Assembly: GCA_046598935.1 (NCBI GenBank)
Contig: JBKJHW010000046.1
Coordinates: forward strand, 7,071-71,070
Direction of reading: 5' to 3'
Length of the DNA: 64,000 bases
Origin: Vicinamibacterales bacterium
GTDB lineage: Bacteria; Acidobacteriota; Vicinamibacteria; Vicinamibacterales; SCN-69-37
Shown here one piece after another: positions 1 through 7,963 of this stretch. The notes under the pieces were generated by a model, which was given only the letters and a program-made list of their open reading frames with translations, was not told where the DNA came from and ran no database searches. A program made the position numbers and the translations under genes. Each line of letters opens with the position of its first letter. Position 1 is the first letter of the stretch.

Positions 1-1
1 C

Positions 2-835
2 GAGCCGCCGCCCAATCGCGACCTCTTTTACGGCGTCGGTGGCGCGAAGCTCGCGCCCGATCCGCGCAAAGACTACAAAGTGACCGAGATCAAGGCCGGT
101 GGGTTCAGCGACGGCTACTCGGTCGTCGACAGCGACAAGCGGAAGTGGAGCGTCAAGTTTCCGCCCGAGGGGCATTCCGAGATCGTGGCTTCGCGGCTGC
201 TGTGGGCCATCGGGTATCACCAGCCGCCGATTTACTTCGTCGAACGCTGGACCGCGGTTGGCGCCACGGGCACGAATCCCCAGCCCGGCGCTCGCTTCCG
301 CGAGAAGAAGCCGGACTTTCACGACCTCGACGACAAGGACACCTGGTCGTATTACGACAATCCGTTCGAGGACACCGTTCAAATGCGCGCGCTGCTCGTC
401 TTCCACGCGATGCTTGGCAATTCCGATCTGAAGGAAAAACAAAACGCGCTCTACGAGCTCAAAGATCCGGTGGAGGGCGCGAAGCGCTGGTATGTCGCGC
501 GCGACCTCGGGCAGACGTTCGGGCGAACGGGATTGCTGAATCCGCCGCGCGCGGACATCGAGGCCTTCGAAGAGTCGGGCTTCATTCTTGGCACGAGCGG
601 CGATCGCGTGACGTTCGATTACCGCGGGCGCCACAAGAAACTCTTCGAGAACATTCGCAAGGCCGACGTCATCTGGCTGTGCGACCGTCTTTCAAAGCTC
701 AGTGACAAGCAGTTGTTTGACGCATTTCGCGCCGGCGGGTATGACGCCCCGATGGCTGCGCCCTTCATCACGAAGTTGAAAGCCAAGATCGGTGAAGGCC
801 GTGCGCTCGCGTCGATGGAGAATAGAACGCCATGA
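2..835 (+). CDS. hypothetical protein, 5'-partial, with weak protein-kinase-like motifs
   Basis: ORF track 80..835. The same frame stays open upstream to the window edge (EPPPNRDLFYGVGGAKL...). Motifs GNSDLKEKQN and ARDLGQTFG are present. The stop overlaps the next start (ATGA at 832). Confidence 0.55.
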   Translation, partial: EPPPNRDLFYGVGGAKLAPDPRKDYKVTEIKAGGFSDGYSVVDSDKRKWSVKFPPEGHSEIVASRLLWAIGYHQPPIYFVERWTAVGATGTNPQPGARFREKKPDFHDLDDKDTWSYYDNPFEDTVQMRALLVFHAMLGNSDLKEKQNALYELKDPVEGAKRWYVARDLGQTFGRTGLLNPPRADIEAFEESGFILGTSGDRVTFDYRGRHKKLFENIRKADVIWLCDRLSKLSDKQLFDAFRAGGYDAPMAAPFITKLKAKIGEGRALASMENRTP

Positions 836-1416
836 AGTCTGTTGCCCTGGTACTGGTGCTTTTGTGCGGTGTCGCCGCGTGCGATCGTCGTCAGCCTTCG
901 GTCAAGCAGGGTCCCACCCCTGACAACAGCGGCGAGCAGGTGACGCTCGACGAGTTCAAGGCGCGGATTACTCAGTACCACGAGCTTCACACGCAGGCCG
1001 AAGCGAAACTTCCGAAGCTTTCGACTGAGGCGACGCCGACGCAGATCGACACGAACCAGCGTGAGCTGGGTCGCTTGCTGGCCGAAATGCGTCCAGGCGC
1101 CAAGCAGGGCGACTTGTTCACGCCGGCAATGGAGACGCTCCTGCGTAAGCACCTCGCGCGAATCTTCAACAATCCGACAGACGGCGCGGCGGTCAAAGGC
1201 TCGGTCATGGACGAAAACCCGACCGGTGTCACGCTTGTCGTGAACGCTCGCTACCCGGACAACGTGCCGATCTCGACGATGCCACCCGATCTGCTGCAGC
1301 TTCTGCCGAAGATGCCTGAGGAGTTCGAGTACCGATTCGTTGGACGTCACCTTGCGATCCTCGACGTTCATGCGCATCTGATCGCCGACTTCGTCACGAA
1401 CGCCATTCCGCAGTAG
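832..1416 (+). CDS. putative lipoprotein, function unknown
   Basis: The N-terminus MKSVALVLVLLCGVAAC has a signal peptide plus a lipobox-like VAAC. The start is translationally coupled to the upstream ORF. Confidence 0.6.
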   Translation: MKSVALVLVLLCGVAACDRRQPSVKQGPTPDNSGEQVTLDEFKARITQYHELHTQAEAKLPKLSTEATPTQIDTNQRELGRLLAEMRPGAKQGDLFTPAMETLLRKHLARIFNNPTDGAAVKGSVMDENPTGVTLVVNARYPDNVPISTMPPDLLQLLPKMPEEFEYRFVGRHLAILDVHAHLIADFVTNAIPQ

Positions 1417-1425
1417 GAGATCAGG

Positions 1426-2349
1426 ATGACGCTCGTGTTCAGAGGACTTGTCCTTCTCGCGCTCGCCGGCCTCTCGCTGGCGCCGCCAACCACGCCGGCA
1501 ATGGCGCGGCAGTCGATCTCGCCGCCGCCGGCGCCGGCCGGGCAGTCGACCCCCGCGCAGTCAACGCAGCTGCCGAATACGAAGGACTCGCTCAAGTTCG
1601 GCGTGCTCGGCGACTTCGGCAGCGGTTCCGCCCGCCAGTACGAGCTCGGCCGCCAGATGTACAAAACGTACGGCGCGTTTCCGTACGAGCTGGTCGTGCT
1701 CGTCGGCGACAACCTGTACGGCTCTGATCGGCCGCAGGACTACCGGAGCAAGTTCGAGCTGCCGTACAAGTCATTGCTCGACAAGGGCGTGAAGTTCTAC
1801 GCGTCGCTCGGCAATCACGACTCGCGCGAGCAGCGGAACTACAAGCTCTTCAATATGGACGGCAAGTTGTACTACACGCTGCGGGCGCCAAAGCAGAACG
1901 TGCGTTTCTTCTTCTTCGAAAGCACGTACCCGGATCCCGACCAGATTGCGTGGCTCGAAAAGGAGCTGAAAGACTCGAAGGAAGACTGGAAGATTGCTGT
2001 GTTTCACCATCCGCTCTACTCGTCAGGTGAGAGGCACGGCTCCGACACGCAGCTGCGCGACAAGCTCGAGCCCCTCTTCGTGAAGTACGGCGTCAGCGCA
2101 GTGCTCACGGGGCACGACCATTTTTACGAGCGCACGAAGCCGCAAAAGGGCATCGTCTATTTCGTCACCGGCTCGGGCGGACAGCTCCGCGCCGGCAACA
2201 TCGATCGCCGCTCCGGCATCACCGCCGCCGGTAACGACACCGACAACGTGTTTATGGTCGCGGAGATTGTCGGCGACAAGATGTTCTTCCAGGCGATCTC
2301 ACGCACCGGCAGGATCGTTGACGCCGGCAGCTTCGACCGCCGGAAGTAG
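1426..2349 (+). CDS. calcineurin-like metallophosphoesterase (purple-acid-phosphatase-like), secreted
   Basis: Motifs GDFG, GDNLY, GNHD and GHDHFYER are present, with a signal peptide. An AGGAG Shine-Dalgarno lies 6 nt upstream of the ATG. Confidence 0.8.
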   Translation: MTLVFRGLVLLALAGLSLAPPTTPAMARQSISPPPAPAGQSTPAQSTQLPNTKDSLKFGVLGDFGSGSARQYELGRQMYKTYGAFPYELVVLVGDNLYGSDRPQDYRSKFELPYKSLLDKGVKFYASLGNHDSREQRNYKLFNMDGKLYYTLRAPKQNVRFFFFESTYPDPDQIAWLEKELKDSKEDWKIAVFHHPLYSSGERHGSDTQLRDKLEPLFVKYGVSAVLTGHDHFYERTKPQKGIVYFVTGSGGQLRAGNIDRRSGITAAGNDTDNVFMVAEIVGDKMFFQAISRTGRIVDAGSFDRRK

Positions 2350-2363
2350 AAATGTGATGGCAG

Positions 2364-3332
2364 CTACTTGGGGGTACCGGGCGGCGATGGTGCCCGTCCG
2401 GCAGATACTCGCGCCCGCTCCTCGACACGCCGCTCGAGTGTTGCCGACAAGACGTTGAGGTCATCCTCGGCGGCCTCACGTTTGTCGTCGGCCGCCATCA
2501 CTGACCGTGTCGTGAGGAGGATGAGGGCCGTCATCGCCATCATCATGGTCACCACAAGAAGGGCGAGGCCGAACTCCGTGCCAAACCAACCCGCTCGCTG
2601 GCCGGCGAGCCGAAGCGACCCGGCGACCATCGGCACTGCCAGCGCCGCCGGGACGAGTCGGCGCGCCATCGACGGACCGGCGCCATCTGCAAGCAGGCTG
2701 ACCATCAGGGGCGTCTTGGGCTGCAGCAAAAGCACACCGCTTGCCAACACGGCAAACAGGATGGCGGTGTGAATCGCCATCGTTGTGTATGGCCCGATCC
2801 CGTAGAAGGCGCGAGCGTCAAAGAGATATCCGACAATCGCGACAGCTGCGAGCGCACCCACAAAAATCGCCAGCCACTCCGTCAAGCGTGACGATCGCCT
2901 TCGCGACGCCCGAGCGAGTGCGATACCGATGGCCATGAAACATACGGCCGTTGCGGGGGCCATTCGGCCGGGGGCAGACGTCCCGCCAGTCTGGCCGTCG
3001 CGCACGAGTGCCTCGTCGATCCCCAGGTTCCAACCGAACAAATCCTGGCTGAGCGTCACTCCTGCGATCGCGGCGACGATCGTCCCCAGTGCCGCCGCGG
3101 CGGATGGCCCGGTCACACCGGGCCGGACCGAGGCGAGCAAAGCCCCGACCAACACGAATGTGAATGCCGTGTTGGCCTTCATGCTTGCCAGAGTTTCAAT
3201 AGGCTGGACAAGGATCCGCGTGTCCGTGAACCAGCCAACCAAGACCAGCAGACCGCCAGTTGCGACCGAAAGTCCGCAACCTCGTGCAATCGAACGCGCT
3301 CGCTGGAGGCGGTGAAACGGGATGTGAGTCAT
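2364..3332 (-). CDS. polytopic membrane protein resembling the N-terminal sensor module of a histidine kinase, with no kinase core
   Basis: There are about 8 hydrophobic segments. The protein ends in a coiled-coil linker, LSATLERRVEERA, and then stops. No HisKA or HATPase sequence follows. Confidence 0.55.
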   Translation of the reverse strand: MTHIPFHRLQRARSIARGCGLSVATGGLLVLVGWFTDTRILVQPIETLASMKANTAFTFVLVGALLASVRPGVTGPSAAAALGTIVAAIAGVTLSQDLFGWNLGIDEALVRDGQTGGTSAPGRMAPATAVCFMAIGIALARASRRRSSRLTEWLAIFVGALAAVAIVGYLFDARAFYGIGPYTTMAIHTAILFAVLASGVLLLQPKTPLMVSLLADGAGPSMARRLVPAALAVPMVAGSLRLAGQRAGWFGTEFGLALLVVTMMMAMTALILLTTRSVMAADDKREAAEDDLNVLSATLERRVEERARVSAGRAPSPPGTPK

Positions 3333-3390
3333 GCGTTGACCACGGACGGCGGCAATGATACTCCCGTCGAGCCGAGGGGCTACAAACGGC

Positions 3391-3396
3391 TATAAT
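3391..3396 (+). promoter_or_regulatory. candidate -10 box (GCTATAAT context) for tmRNA
   Basis: TATAAT lies 27 nt upstream of the mature tmRNA 5' end, which fits a short RNase P-processed leader. No convincing -35 was found. Confidence 0.4.
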
Positions 3397-3422
3397 GAGG
3401 TGTTCGATCTTTCGGTCTTTGT

Positions 3423-3767
3423 GGGGGCGACTTGGCTTCGACGGGGGCAAGGGATCGTTGGATGCATGCCGAGCTCCATTGACTCGTTAAACCGATGGAA
3501 AAACCACTAACTGCGAACACGCAGCTAGCCCTCGCGGCCTAACGGCACGCGACGTTCACCCTGACCAGCCTGCGGGTCGGGACTGAATGTCATTTCAGCA
3601 GGCTGGCCCCGGCTCGAGTCCGTGTTGTCGGGGCGAGATTCAGCGGACTAGCGGTCGGCGCTTTCGCCGCACTTATACGTCGATCGCGAAATTTGAAGCA
3701 CGGCTACGCATGTAGATTCTGACGACGACAGGCCTTTCGGACGCGGGTTCGACTCCCGCCGCCTCCA
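3423..3767 (+). ncRNA. ssrA: tmRNA (SsrA)
   Basis: The 5' GGGGGCG pairs with the 3' CGCCTCC, including the G3:U alanine identity pair. The T-arm GGGTTCGACTCCCGC is present. The tag reading frame GCG AAC ACG CAG CTA GCC CTC GCG GCC TAA (3513..3542) encodes ANTQLALAA. CCA is not encoded. Confidence 0.9.
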
Positions 3768-3783
3768 CTTTCTTCTCACTTCG

Positions 3784-3841
3784 TTCGCCGCAATGTCGGC
3801 GGCGAAGTCAGGCTTCGCGCGACATCCGTTGGATGTCGCGC
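3784..3841. other. two GC-rich hairpins between tmRNA and the convergent CPBP gene (possible U-tract-less terminators)
   Basis: Hairpin 1 is TTCGCCGC-N7-GCGGCGAA (3784..3806). Hairpin 2 is GCGCGACATCC-GTT-GGATGTCGCGC (3817..3841). Neither strand has a T-run after them. Confidence 0.4.
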
Positions 3842-3878
3842 TCGGCACGACTCCCGCCATCAATCGAGATTGCTACCG

Positions 3879-4625
3879 CTAGCGTACGAATAGCTGCGCC
3901 GAATCGCCGCCCAGTATCGCGAAATACGCGAACGCGAGATCGCCCGCGAAGTGCAACGCCATGCCGGGGAGGATCGAACCGGATCTCTGAGCCAGGTACC
4001 CGTAGACCACCGACGCGAGGAAGAATCCTGGCGCAACGGTGACGAGATACGCGAGACCGTGCGAGATGTGAAGCAGCGTGAAAACGGCACTCGTTGCGAC
4101 AATGGCGAATGTGGGGCCGATGCGTTCGAGATGGCTCTGCATATATCCACGAAACGCCATCTCTTCGACAACACCGGCGACCAGCGGTCCCATCAGCAGG
4201 ACGGAGAGACGAATTGCCGTCGTCGGATAGACACTGATGTCTTGGGGCGCGCTACTGGCTCCCATGAGCACGTACACCACCGAGAGCCCGACCATCGCGG
4301 CGATCAAGCCCAGAATCGTGGCCAGGTTGTCTCCAGACCATGCGCCCGGCTCCGGCCGCCAGAGCCGCAGATGAAACCGTCGAGACGCTGATGTGCTTCG
4401 CGGCCACCCCCGGCCGCTGAGCCATACGAGCATCAGGATCAACAGGCACCCGGTCGCCGCAGCTGCCCATGGCACTTCCGGATGCTCGCGCACGTTCCTC
4501 CTGATCAAAGCGACCCATGACAGCGTCCCCACGAACTGAATCGGGAGGGCCATCAGAAGCGCGACGACGACGGTCTTGCCGACCGTGGGTATCGCTGTCT
4601 TCGGCGTGACGACGGAATCGGTCAT
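3879..4625 (-). CDS. CPBP family (CAAX/Abi-like) intramembrane metalloprotease
   Basis: Motifs EEMAFRGY and FTLLHISHG are present, with multiple transmembrane segments. The start overlaps the upstream stop (ATGA). Confidence 0.8.
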   Translation of the reverse strand: MTDSVVTPKTAIPTVGKTVVVALLMALPIQFVGTLSWVALIRRNVREHPEVPWAAAATGCLLILMLVWLSGRGWPRSTSASRRFHLRLWRPEPGAWSGDNLATILGLIAAMVGLSVVYVLMGASSAPQDISVYPTTAIRLSVLLMGPLVAGVVEEMAFRGYMQSHLERIGPTFAIVATSAVFTLLHISHGLAYLVTVAPGFFLASVVYGYLAQRSGSILPGMALHFAGDLAFAYFAILGGDSAQLFVR

Positions 4626-4858
4626 GGTGCTTCCTCTCGTGAAGATGGTGCGGGATCCTGGGTCTCGCGATCAAAAAGTCCGAACACCCAGCACATGGGA
4701 CAGCCGCGAAACGCGACGAGCGCCAATAGAACCGTGGGGATCGCGACAAACAGCTGTCGCGTCGACATCGCGACAGCCAGCAGCGCGAAGCCAGCGGCAC
4801 CGCGCACGAGCCAGATGTAGCGCGCGCGACGCCCGGTCGGGCAAATCGACGCCCTCAT
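4622..4858 (-). CDS. DUF2892 (YgaP-like) small membrane protein with a CPMC motif
   Basis: 78 aa with two hydrophobic helices and the pattern R..R...G...L....FRGCPMCWVFG, typical of DUF2892. It has ATGA overlaps with both neighbouring genes. Confidence 0.65.
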   Translation of the reverse strand: MRASICPTGRRARYIWLVRGAAGFALLAVAMSTRQLFVAIPTVLLALVAFRGCPMCWVFGLFDRETQDPAPSSREEAP

Positions 4859-5418
4859 GTCCCGCTCCCCGTTAACTGGCTCCGAGCCGCTGCGCGCGCG
4901 CGACGCAGAAGACTCTTCGTGGCCTCTCCTGAGATGGCCAGGCGCCGCGAGATCTCGCGGATCTTTAACTCTTCAAAATCGCGCAGCAGGATGATCTGAC
5001 GGTATTTTTCGGGCAGGGCCGCCAACATTCGCGCTACGTCGATGCGGAGCTGATCGGCGGGCGCGTGCGCGAAGCGCGCTGAGTTCTCGATGGTCTTTAG
5101 CTCCTCGACGCTGCGCATGAACATCAACACAGGGAGGGCGCAGAGCCGTGCCACGATTCTCACGAGCCAGGCGCCCAGCGCGGCGGGGTTACGAACGTCG
5201 CCGACGCGCCGGTAGACGACGATCAGCGCTTCCTGCACGACGTCCTCGATGGATGACGACGCATAGCACTGGAAACGGGCATAGCGCTGAATGTCGGGTC
5301 GCAGCTGCGACAGCAGCCGCTCAAGCGCTGCGCGGTCGCCCGCTTGCGCCGCCGCGAAAAGGTCCTTGTCAACGCGCAACATCAGGTTTCTACCCGATAA
5401 GAGGGGGCGCCGAGGCAA
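4855..5418 (-). CDS. ECF-type RNA polymerase sigma-70 family factor
   Basis: Region 2 (DVVQEALIVVYRR) and region 4 (LPEKYRQIILLRDFEELKIREISRRLAISGEATKSLLRRAR) are recognisable. An alternative start is M13 at 5382. Confidence 0.8.
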   Translation of the reverse strand: MPRRPLLSGRNLMLRVDKDLFAAAQAGDRAALERLLSQLRPDIQRYARFQCYASSSIEDVVQEALIVVYRRVGDVRNPAALGAWLVRIVARLCALPVLMFMRSVEELKTIENSARFAHAPADQLRIDVARMLAALPEKYRQIILLRDFEELKIREISRRLAISGEATKSLLRRARAAARSQLTGSGT

Positions 5419-5454
5419 AACGGGTCGCGCGCGCGAAGTTTTTCTGCGATATGG

Positions 5455-6231
5455 CTAACGCGTGTGCCCGTAGATCACGTAGTTGATCATCAGCTTGAAC
5501 GCCTCGTTTGACGGATCGACGAGATAGAAGCCGCTGCCCGAGTACTCCATGTAGTTGCCGAGGTCCATGTTGTAGTTGATGACGACCTGCAGTGGCTTGT
5601 TCGGATCGTTGTCCTGATAGATCCCGTAAAACTCTCCGAAAAGCCCGCCTTGCCCGCGGTTGCCGCGACCCCCAGGGTAGGGGATGCGCAGCGACGGGAC
5701 CTGGAAGAACGTGTTGTAGATCGGATGCTTCGCATCGAGCGGGACGATCTTCCCCTCAGGGAGCACGCGCTTCATCGCCGCTTCGAAGACCGCCCACTCG
5801 TTGTCGAAGTGGAAGTCGTCGATGATCAGGAACCCGCCCTTGTGGATGTAGTCGCGAAGGTTCTTGACGTGGTGGTCGGTCGGAAACCAATAGCCGGGTT
5901 CGGAGATGTAGGCGATCGGGTACTTGAAGATTGCCGGATCATCCATGTGGAGGATGTTCCGCCCTTCGGGCGTCGCCTGCGCGTTGCTGATCCTGGTCAG
6001 GATCGACATCATGTTCAGTTCCATGTCGGGGTAGTCGAACGACCAGCCGGGATAACGATCGTAGTGGAGGCGCACCATCGCGAATCTCCCGTCGTACGGC
6101 GCCTCGTAGTGTGACGGCGCGTTTCGCCCGTTGTCGTAATAGCGCTGGGCGCCGGCCGGGAGTGTTGTCAGGCCCAGCAGGGCCACGGCCAACGCGAGGC
6201 GTCGAAATGTCATGCGGCGCCCTGAGAGCAT
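5455..6231 (-). CDS. DUF4159 domain-containing secreted protein
   Basis: Contains the signal MTFRRLALAVALLGLTTLPAGAQ, the IAYISEPGYW and GGFLIIDDFH motifs, and the C-terminus NYVIYGHTR. The track ORF extends to 6474, but that extension is Arg/Ala junk overlapping the divergent gene. The start is 6231 or 6213. Confidence 0.7.
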   Translation of the reverse strand: MLSGRRMTFRRLALAVALLGLTTLPAGAQRYYDNGRNAPSHYEAPYDGRFAMVRLHYDRYPGWSFDYPDMELNMMSILTRISNAQATPEGRNILHMDDPAIFKYPIAYISEPGYWFPTDHHVKNLRDYIHKGGFLIIDDFHFDNEWAVFEAAMKRVLPEGKIVPLDAKHPIYNTFFQVPSLRIPYPGGRGNRGQGGLFGEFYGIYQDNDPNKPLQVVINYNMDLGNYMEYSGSGFYLVDPSNEAFKLMINYVIYGHTR

Positions 6232-6254
6232 AATCCTTCCGTGCCGCGCGTCGA

Positions 6255-6260
6255 TAGAAT
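6255..6260 (+). promoter_or_regulatory. candidate -10 box TAGAAT, 10 nt upstream of the GIY-YIG gene ATG
   Basis: The sequence reads cgaTAGAATgactgcggctATG. The -35 is weak. Confidence 0.35.
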
Positions 6261-6270
6261 GACTGCGGCT

Positions 6271-6519
6271 ATGCCGCATTGGGTCTACATCGTCCGCTGC
6301 AACGACGGCTCGCTTTATACCGGCTACGCCAAGGACCCGTCCGCGCGCCTTCTGCGTCATAACAGTGGGAAAGGCGCGAAGTACACCGCCGGCCGCCGGC
6401 CGGTGACGCTCGTGTTCACCCAGAAATTTCGCTCGCTCAGCCGGGCCCTGAAGCGGGAACATGAGCTGAAGCAATGGACTCGCGCCAAAAAAGAAGCCTT
6501 GGTCTCCGCGTCGCGCTGA
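6271..6519 (+). CDS. GIY-YIG nuclease family protein (UPF0213/YhbQ-like)
   Basis: Sequence MPHWVYIVRCNDGSLYTGYAKDPSARLLRHNSG...REHELKQW matches the family. The internal ATG at 6271 is preferred over the GTG at 6241. Confidence 0.8.
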   Translation: MPHWVYIVRCNDGSLYTGYAKDPSARLLRHNSGKGAKYTAGRRPVTLVFTQKFRSLSRALKREHELKQWTRAKKEALVSASR

Positions 6520-6974
6520 TCGCCCTCACGCTGGTGTGGCTGGCGTCCAATCGCTTTGGGTTACCGACGCGAACCGGCGACGCCGGAGCCGACGGCCAGC
6601 CGGTGACGCTCGAGATCCTCGCGCCGTACAAAGGCAAAGTCATTCTCGTGAACCTCTTCGCCACCTGGTGCGGGCCATGTATCGCCGAGATCCCGGACCT
6701 GGTGAAGCTCCAGGCGGCCCATCCCGGCCTTGCGGTCATCGGCCTGCAGGTCATGGACATCGGTGGCGAGCCGCTCGACACATTTCGAGGGCGACTCGGC
6801 ATTACGTACCCGCTGATCGACGCGAATGATAATCCTGAGATCGACCAGGCGTTCGGCTCGCCCGACGTCCTGCCGATGTCGTACATCATCGACAAAGACG
6901 GCCACATCGTCGCGATTTTGACCGGCCGGACCCGGCTGGAAGAATTCGAAAGACGGCTGGCGCCTTACTTCTGA
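6474..6974 (+). CDS. TlpA/ResA-like thiol:disulfide oxidoreductase (thioredoxin fold)
   Basis: Contains a signal anchor and the WCGPC active site in VNLFATWCGPCIAEIP. It overlaps the upstream gene by 46 nt if the ATG at 6474 is used. Confidence 0.8.
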   Translation: MDSRQKRSLGLRVALIALTLVWLASNRFGLPTRTGDAGADGQPVTLEILAPYKGKVILVNLFATWCGPCIAEIPDLVKLQAAHPGLAVIGLQVMDIGGEPLDTFRGRLGITYPLIDANDNPEIDQAFGSPDVLPMSYIIDKDGHIVAILTGRTRLEEFERRLAPYF

Positions 6975-6976
6975 GC

Positions 6977-7006
6977 TTGTACTTCGGAGAGACCCGTCCT
7001 TATAAT
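6977..7006 (+). promoter_or_regulatory. sigma-70-type promoter TTGTAC-N18-TATAAT
   Basis: TTGTAC is at 6977..6982 and TATAAT at 7001..7006. The ATG of the next gene is at 7016, 9 nt after the -10, which implies a near-leaderless mRNA. Confidence 0.55.
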
Positions 7007-7015
7007 GTGGCGTCC

Positions 7016-7963
7016 ATGTCTCTGGACCACCGGTTTCGCGAGATCGTCGAAGCCTTTGTCGCCCGCGTTCGTCGGGATATGGACTCACATGTCCAGGGCC
7101 TGACGAGCGACCTGCTTCGAATGGGCTCGGAGAACCAGGAATACTGGCGCTCAACGCTCGAGCGCGCGGTGACCGACGCGCGGCAGGACGCCGAGCGCGG
7201 CTTCAAGGCCCGGCTCGAAGCCCTGAGAAATGAGCTGACCCGCGAAATGGAGCAGCGCCTCTCGACCGAGCGCCAGCAGCTTCAAGCCGCGACGCTCGCG
7301 GCGACGCAAGCCGCGGCTGAAGCGGCCAACGCCGTGAGCGCAGCCCACGTGGCCAGCGCGCAATCGGCGGCGCACGCCGCGACAGTCGTCACCGCTGCTG
7401 CGCCCCGTGCCGCTGTTCCGGAAACCGGCGTTCGCGAAGCCCGGCGCGAAGCCCGGATCGATACCCTCGAACGCTTGCTCGGCGCGGTTCGACGACTCGA
7501 TGAAGCGAATTCGCTGACAGCCATCCTCGACACACTGGCCAAAGGGGCGTCCGAAGAGACCTCCCGCGTGACGATCCTCCTCGTGGACGGCGATCTGTTG
7601 AAGCCGTGGTCATCCCACGGATTCGCTCCGGGCCACGCCCCGACGGTCATTCCGATCGGCTCAGCGGGTGTGCTGACCGCGACAGTCGCGCTGAAGCAAA
7701 CGTCGTACGTTAAACCGATGATTGCTCGCGATCTGACGACCCCGACCTTCATGCAGGTGCCCGTCGGCCACACGGGCCTCATCGTCCCGCTTGTCGTCGG
7801 CGGGGAGGTTGTGGCGGTCCTTTACGCTGACGATGTCGGCCAGAAGGAAGAGCACGTGGATTCGCCGATCTGGACCGAGGAACTTGATCTGCTGGTCCGG
7901 CACGCGGCGCTGCGCCTCGAAAATCTCACGTCCGTGAGGACGACCGAGGCTCTGGGCTCATGA
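7016..7963 (+). CDS. coiled-coil/Ala-rich protein with a C-terminal GAF-like domain
   Basis: The C-terminal part (RVTILLVDGDLLKPWSSHGF...LIVPLVVGGEVVAVLYADD) is GAF-like. The ATG at 7016 is chosen because the TTG at 6977 coincides with the -35 box. Confidence 0.6.
   Translation: MSLDHRFREIVEAFVARVRRDMDSHVQGLTSDLLRMGSENQEYWRSTLERAVTDARQDAERGFKARLEALRNELTREMEQRLSTERQQLQAATLAATQAAAEAANAVSAAHVASAQSAAHAATVVTAAAPRAAVPETGVREARREARIDTLERLLGAVRRLDEANSLTAILDTLAKGASEETSRVTILLVDGDLLKPWSSHGFAPGHAPTVIPIGSAGVLTATVALKQTSYVKPMIARDLTTPTFMQVPVGHTGLIVPLVVGGEVVAVLYADDVGQKEEHVDSPIWTEELDLLVRHAALRLENLTSVRTTEALGS

Noticed and set aside
3768-5454. Genomic island integrated at the tmRNA gene (ECF sigma/DUF2892/CPBP as cargo).
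   Set aside because: No integrase or other mobility gene is present. No long direct repeat of the tmRNA 3' end bounds the region. Composition looks the same as the surrounding DNA by eye. Only an 11-nt echo lies 100 nt downstream.
5455-6474. N-terminal extensions of several track ORFs. Examples: 5455..6474, 50812..52467, 52004..53458, 40794..43190, 44764..46011, 49333..50280, 25529..26797, 26715..28922, 35962..37515, 58472..61231, 61659..62063.
   Set aside because: The extensions overlap neighbouring genes, are Arg-rich junk, and precede obvious signal peptides or conserved N-termini. Internal starts were used instead, as noted per feature.
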